Shown here: positions 55,701 to 64,000 of the stretch, one piece after another
Layout of the letters: every line of letters begins with the position of its first letter
How positions within the stretch are numbered: the stretch's first letter is position 1
DNA from: Chrysomallon squamiferum
Taxonomy: Eukaryota > Animalia > Mollusca
DNA: 64,000 nt
Direction of reading: 5' to 3'
NCBI GenBank assembly: GCA_012295275.1
Contig: CM022670.1
Span: 25,606,001-25,670,000, forward strand
The notes under the pieces: generated by a model
The model's database searches: none
What the model was told of the DNA's origin: nothing
Seen by the model: the letters and a program-made list of their open reading frames with translations, nothing else
Made by a program: the position numbers and the translations under genes

Positions 55701-56478
55701 TATATAATGTAAATAACATTAACTGTAATACCAAAAACCTAAAAATTATACTTAAAGTTTCAGTTGCTATTTAACTTTTTATTGCCATAAAATTATTACC
55801 TTAACTGTTTGAAAATAACATGGCAGTCGGTCCTTATGTTCATTTTAAAAGAACTGTGGACATAATTATAATCTATATTATATGCAATAGAAGATACAAA
55901 AATGTGTTTAGGAAGCAATACCAGCATTGTAGCCTGCATATTTCAAGCACTCTATAAATGTAACCTTTTAAAACTGTTTTGAACAGTTGCATAATCTATT
56001 ATAGGTTGTCATAATTTTACGATTAATTGTTTAATATTTACAATTTTTTTTTATAATGCATCACATTGTAAAATAGGACATAGTTTTCAATCAAAATAAT
56101 TCTAGTACTTCAAAATATTAGATATAACTAACTGCATACCTAACATTCAATACACATTAACTTCAAAATGTATTTTTGTTTTCAACAAATATACCTAACT
56201 TTTTTACTCAGATTTAGTTTTAAATGGAAACATACAATTATTTCATTATATTACAGCTGTAAAAAACAAAACAAAACAACAAAAAACCTCAGCAACAACA
56301 GAATAACAAACAAGTATAAGATTATTAACCCTTTAATCAGTTCCTGTTTATAGTTAAACATAGTAAAATACAAAAGTTACTAAAAGTACCAATACAGTTA
56401 CAACTAAACCCGAAGCTAGCACAAATGATGCTGTATAAAAATGAGAAACAAGAGTCAGTGACTTTCAATTTGCTCCAG

Positions 56479-59057
<2,579 letters not shown>

Positions 59058-59982
59058 GACTCTGATTCTTATTTCTGTCCTCCCTCCAAAGCTAAAGAGA
59101 AGAATCCAAGGACATGCACTTTGTTTCATTTTATACACCTGTAAATTGAAATCGTAAATGTTTTATTACCTCATTAATACAGCCAGTAATGATTTCGATT
59201 GAGAGATCATCTGGCTTTGGACGCTTAAGTTTTCGGATTAAATTTTCTCATCCTTGCAATGAATAATAAACAGTACGACGTTAAGTGAAGTAAAAATCCG
59301 ATAAAAGGTTTGGTCTTTATCTTTTGGCTCACCCGTTGTTTTTCTTACGTTGTTCACACTTCATGACCTTTATTTTGATAAAGATGGGCTCGAGCAGTGT
59401 TTCAATGAAACAGAGATTTACATTGTGCCCTCAAAATGGTAATCACATACTCAATTACCCATATGATGTTCTGAAATAACAGAATGAAATAAATGTGTCA
59501 GATTTATTCAGCATGACCGTTGATGTTCACTAATCTCGACGTCGGGATGTTTAATACGAAATATATTTGAATATTGTTAATAGTAATAGAAATTTAATCG
59601 ACTTCTTCTTCAGTCTATTGTTTACTGTTAATTCGCATTTAAATTGTTATTGATTTGAAAAGGAAATTTTCACACAGTTAAGTACGTTATCTCAATTTGA
59701 TTTTTTAATGTATTATTAAGTAGAAATGAAACTACAGGAGCCAGATGTCATCAACCGAACGGAAACAGTAATGAAGAATAGCATATAGATCGTTATTAAT
59801 GTCGATGAATCTTTTATTTTTACATACTTTGTATACGCACACGCACTCATATCTATACATACCCATGCAGACACATAACTATGCATGCACATACCAGCAT
59901 ATGTAAATATACAAGCATACATTCATACATACATACATACATGCATACATACATATAAAACATAGGTACGTACATACATATA

Positions 59983-60330
59983 AAACATAGGTACGTACAT
60001 ACATAGGTACATATATTCATACTTAGTAGCATGTATGGTTTTACAGTGCTTTGACGTTCTTATTCTGGATTTGTAAGACAATGCATTTGTATTCATACAC
60101 ATATACATAACTACATACACGCATACATACATACATACATACATACAAACATACATACATACATACATACATACATACATACATAAAAATAAATAAATAA
60201 ATATACATACATACATACATACATACGCATATACAAACATAGGTACGTTCATACATAGGTACATATATTCATACTTAGTAGCACATATGGTTTTACAGTG
60301 TTTTCTTAATCTGGATTTGTAAGAAAATGC
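59983..60330. repeat. Local duplication of a ~100-bp block within (TACA)n microsatellite
   Basis: AACATAGGTACG...TATTCATACTTAGTAGCA...GGTTTTACAGTG...TCTGGATTTGTAAGA occurs twice, about 250 bp apart. Confidence 0.75.
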
Positions 60331-61329
60331 ATATATACATACATACATACATACATACATATTTACATACAAGCATACATATATAGATACATAATTACAC
60401 ATGCACACATATATACATATGTATGTACAAGTACAGACACATACGCACACAAATATACGTAAATATACAGATGAACATATCTTATTCTTGTTTGATTCCC
60501 GATTGTCTACAGTCAGGCGCATTTTCGAGAGAATTTAAATAAAACAAAAACAGAAAACTTCCTATTATAAAGGGACAAAAGGACAAAGAGTAATAAAAAG
60601 CAGATTTTATTACAAACTTTAAAATACCAGAATAATTTCTGTAACCAAGTTCGGGAATGCAGGTGTGCTTGATTCAAATGTTAGCCAGTAAAATGTAGAC
60701 AGTAAACCAGCATATTAAACACAGACTGTTTTAGTAATGTATGTGAAAATTCGACATAAATTTGAGCAAAATGGCACTGACACTTCTACTGAATTTGATT
60801 TCATTACTAAGAAATAAAAATTAAAAAAATAAAAACACAAAAATATATCTATGTTTCTGTGTTCAGAATGTGTGTGTACGCATGTATGCTGATATAGTAT
60901 CCTATGCATAGATGAAACAGAAACTTTTAGCAAAGAGAACGTTTGCCGCAATTCACTGATAATTTTATTATTCTTTTTAAATAATAATTTGTAGTTATTA
61001 TTATTTCAGTATATGATTAGAAGCATTAAATGGTTGTCTGATGTAAGTTAATAATTTAAACTCATATTTCTCTTTTTAGGAAATCTGACATATGGAAGAA
61101 GACAGTATTATGTTTGCATATAATATATAGAAATACATAGAGAAGAGAAAAGCGTATCAACATACTCAGTCTTTCTATTAAACTGTAGTTTTCGGAAGAA
61201 AATTTGACTTGTTTCCCTTCCTTAGTTCCTTCCCTTGTCATATCTCTTAACGATTTCTACTTAATGTTGGCACAGTAAAAAAAGAAAAAAAGAAAAAAAT
61301 ATATTTATTTCTGACACATAATGCACATC

Positions 61330-61385
<56 letters not shown>

Positions 61386-61617
61386 TATAAATATATTGTC
61401 ATCATCTGATGTTTAATAGTTGCGTTAAATAAAAGAAGCTGAATGTAGGTTATAATCACAGGAAATTAGTCAGCATCCTAATATCAAGCACCAGCTAGAG
61501 ATACACGTTAAATTCAAACACGAGTAACTTCTTAACATTTCATAGACTTAATGTCTACCATCGTTTGTCGTGTATTTCGTATTGTAAAAGACAAATAAAG
61601 ATGAGTAACCTCTCAAC

Positions 61618-61784
61618 ATGAATTTTATAGTTTTTCTGTGGATGATTCTATTTTATACCTTAAATATTCTCAGTGGATCTGAAACAGGTGTGGTATTTTA
61701 ATTTGAATATATGTTGATTAGTTAAGAATACGATGAATGTGTGTGTGTGTCTGTGAATACACATATACATATATATATATATAT

Positions 61785-61819
<35 letters not shown>

Positions 61820-61935
61820 TATAGCAACACTAGCAGTAGTATATCAGTATATATAGTAGCTGAAGTAATAGTTTTAACAGTAGAAATAAAAGCAGTAGTA
61901 GTAGTAAAATAATAGTAATAGTAAACTAGCAGTAT

Positions 61936-61968
<33 letters not shown>

Positions 61969-62193
61969 GAACATTAGTGGTTATGGTATCAATAGTAGTA
62001 ATTGAGTGGTAGTGGTGGTAGTGGTTACTATAGTAGTCGTAGTGTGTATATATATATATATAGATATAGATATATATATATAGCAACACTAGCAGTAGTA
62101 TATCAGTATATATAGTAACTGAAGTAATAGTTGTAACAGTAGAAATAAAAGCAGTAGTAGTAGTAAAATAATAGTAATAGTAAACTAGCAGTA

Positions 62194-62225
<32 letters not shown>

Positions 62226-63598
62226 AGGGTAATAGTAGGAACATTAGTGGTTATGGTATCAATAGTAGTAATGGTAGTGGTAGTGGTGGTAGTGGTTACT
62301 ATAGTAGTCGTAGTGTATGTTATGTTTTGTGGTTGTTGTTTTGGTTTTTTTTTTTTTTTTGTTTTTTTTTTTATAAATGAAAGGATACGAGAAAAACAAT
62401 TTCATTACAATATTTAGCCCATTTTTGATATTATTTATCAGCTTTTAATGCACTTTACATGAAAAAATATATGTTCTTCAAATTATTATAAACACAATAA
62501 TTTATTTACAGCATTTTTCTTCTGCGGCGACATCATTTTGTATGACAACGAAGTCCGGTTTTTATCCAGCCAAGATATTCCCGCGGTACAATGTCTATGG
62601 CGGCTGTCTGCTCCTAAAGAATACATTCTTGTCATCGCTTCACTGCCGACTCCATTTGACCTGAGTTATGACTGCGAGTAAGTCTTACACGAAAGAACAT
62701 TATTACTGAAAACGAGATTAATTCGACATTACTGTACCCTTGCGAATATAACAATAACATTGTTATGAAATAGTAAAAGCAATTAATGAAGCAAAACCTT
62801 AGTATGCTCAGTTGAATCTATATCATCTTAATACAAGCTTTAATAAAACGATGACGATGATGATGATGATGATGATGGTTATGATGATGAATGATGGAGT
62901 ATTGGTTGTGATGATAAAGATAATGAAAACGATGATGATATGTAGTGGTGACAATGTTAAAGATGATGATGATTATGATAGATGGTTGAGTTTTGCTTGT
63001 AAAGATAAAAATGGTGAAAACGACGATGATATATAGTGGTGATAATAACAAAGATGATGATTATGATGATGGCGATCATCATGATAATAGAAATAATAAT
63101 AGAGCAGTAATAAATAACAGTAGTAGCAGATGTAGTGGTCGTTGTAGTAGCAGTTAGTAGTAGTTATAGTAGTAGTAGTAATAGTAGTAAACACAATATT
63201 AGTACACAATATTAGTACTAATGGGTGTTTTTTACAGACAAGCTTCAGTTGCACTTTTCGAAGGTGATCTCGACAGTTTGGAAAGTGTTGGACAGTTCTG
63301 CTGGAACAGACCAGTACAGTACATCTCAACTACGAATACTATGCTGATTTTGTTTAATTCTGTAAATACTGTAAAAACCAAGAAATACACACTTAGTTTA
63401 AGCCGAGTCAGGTTAGGTAAGTAAGAAACACATATTTAGGAAGAGAGAGGGTGAGAAAGAGAGATAAAAGGGTAAGGTGAAAGAAAGACAGATAGAGGGA
63501 GCAAGAATGAGAGGGATGGTTTGTGAACGACATTTCATAGAGAAGAAGTATGATAACAGTGAGAGGATCCAAAGAAAAGACAGAAAATAGGAGTGGTA

Positions 63599-63664
<66 letters not shown>

Positions 63665-63797
63665 AAAACTAAATTAATATTTGTCCACAGATAGTGAAGA
63701 TCCATGCAACAATACTGTCACAGAAGCTGGATACCTGTTTAGTATAGAATACCCTGAAAACTATCTTCCCGATACGCTGTGTTTGTATCGCATAAAG
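61618..63797 (+). CDS. Secreted or cell-surface CUB-domain protein, 5' part (continues beyond the window)
   Basis: Exons 61618-61687 (signal MNFIVFLWMILFYTLNILSGSET), 62512-62677, 63238-63416, 63691-~63797 splice in frame. CUB1: CGDIIL...QCLWRLSAP...YDCE...VALFEG...GQFC...YISTTNTMLILFNS. Start of CUB2: PCNNTVTEAGYLFSIEYPENYLPDTLCLYRIK. Confidence 0.8.
61820..62318. repeat. Intronic tandem duplication of a ~260-bp (TAG)n-rich unit
   Basis: TAGCAACACTAGCAGTAGTATATCAG...GGAACATTAGTGGTTATGGTATCAATAG occurs twice. Confidence 0.8.
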
Positions 63798-64000
63798 GCG
63801 AGTACATAAATGTCAAATGGAAATACCGAGTCAAAAATAAAATAAAATAAAAATAAATAGAATAAGTAGAATAAAAAAAATAATAATAATAAACGAAATA
63901 GACATTTTTTCGATGGATATTATCATTTATTTTATTAACCACATTTGTTGGGTTATACAGAAGAGATAAATAGTATAAAAATAGACATAAAAATAAACAT

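Overview
AT-rich, microsatellite-dense, intron-containing animal genomic DNA. It looks like a mollusc, probably a coleoid cephalopod (inferred from repeat content and gene families, not verified). Manual splicing gives: (1) a 2-exon secretin-class/Methuselah-like 7TM receptor with a Cys-rich ectodomain (2936-6162,+); (2) a multi-exon LRR + EF-hand gene of the LRRC74 type (~9680-15870,+); (3) a ~39 kb cluster (19875-59057) of seven secreted-protein genes that the ORF track mostly misses; (4) the 5' part of a secreted CUB-domain gene (61618 to window end). All seven cluster genes share one 5' design: TATA-like box, then a 1-2 codon ATG micro-exon, then a signal-peptide exon. Five are 5-exon paralogues with identical intron phases and a 10-Cys Spaetzle/neurotrophin-like cystine-knot C-terminus, each fused to a different low-complexity N-terminal region. 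Two lack the knot and are almost entirely repeats: a ~6.4 kb array of 54-bp units that reads as a His/Arg/Gly polycation in the signal-peptide frame and as a charge-matched polyanion in the +1 frame, and a YKPSGYQQHD-repeat protein. The cluster is the candidate undescribed system, possibly a secreted biomaterial or immune-effector locus. All gene models were built by eye; no database search was run.
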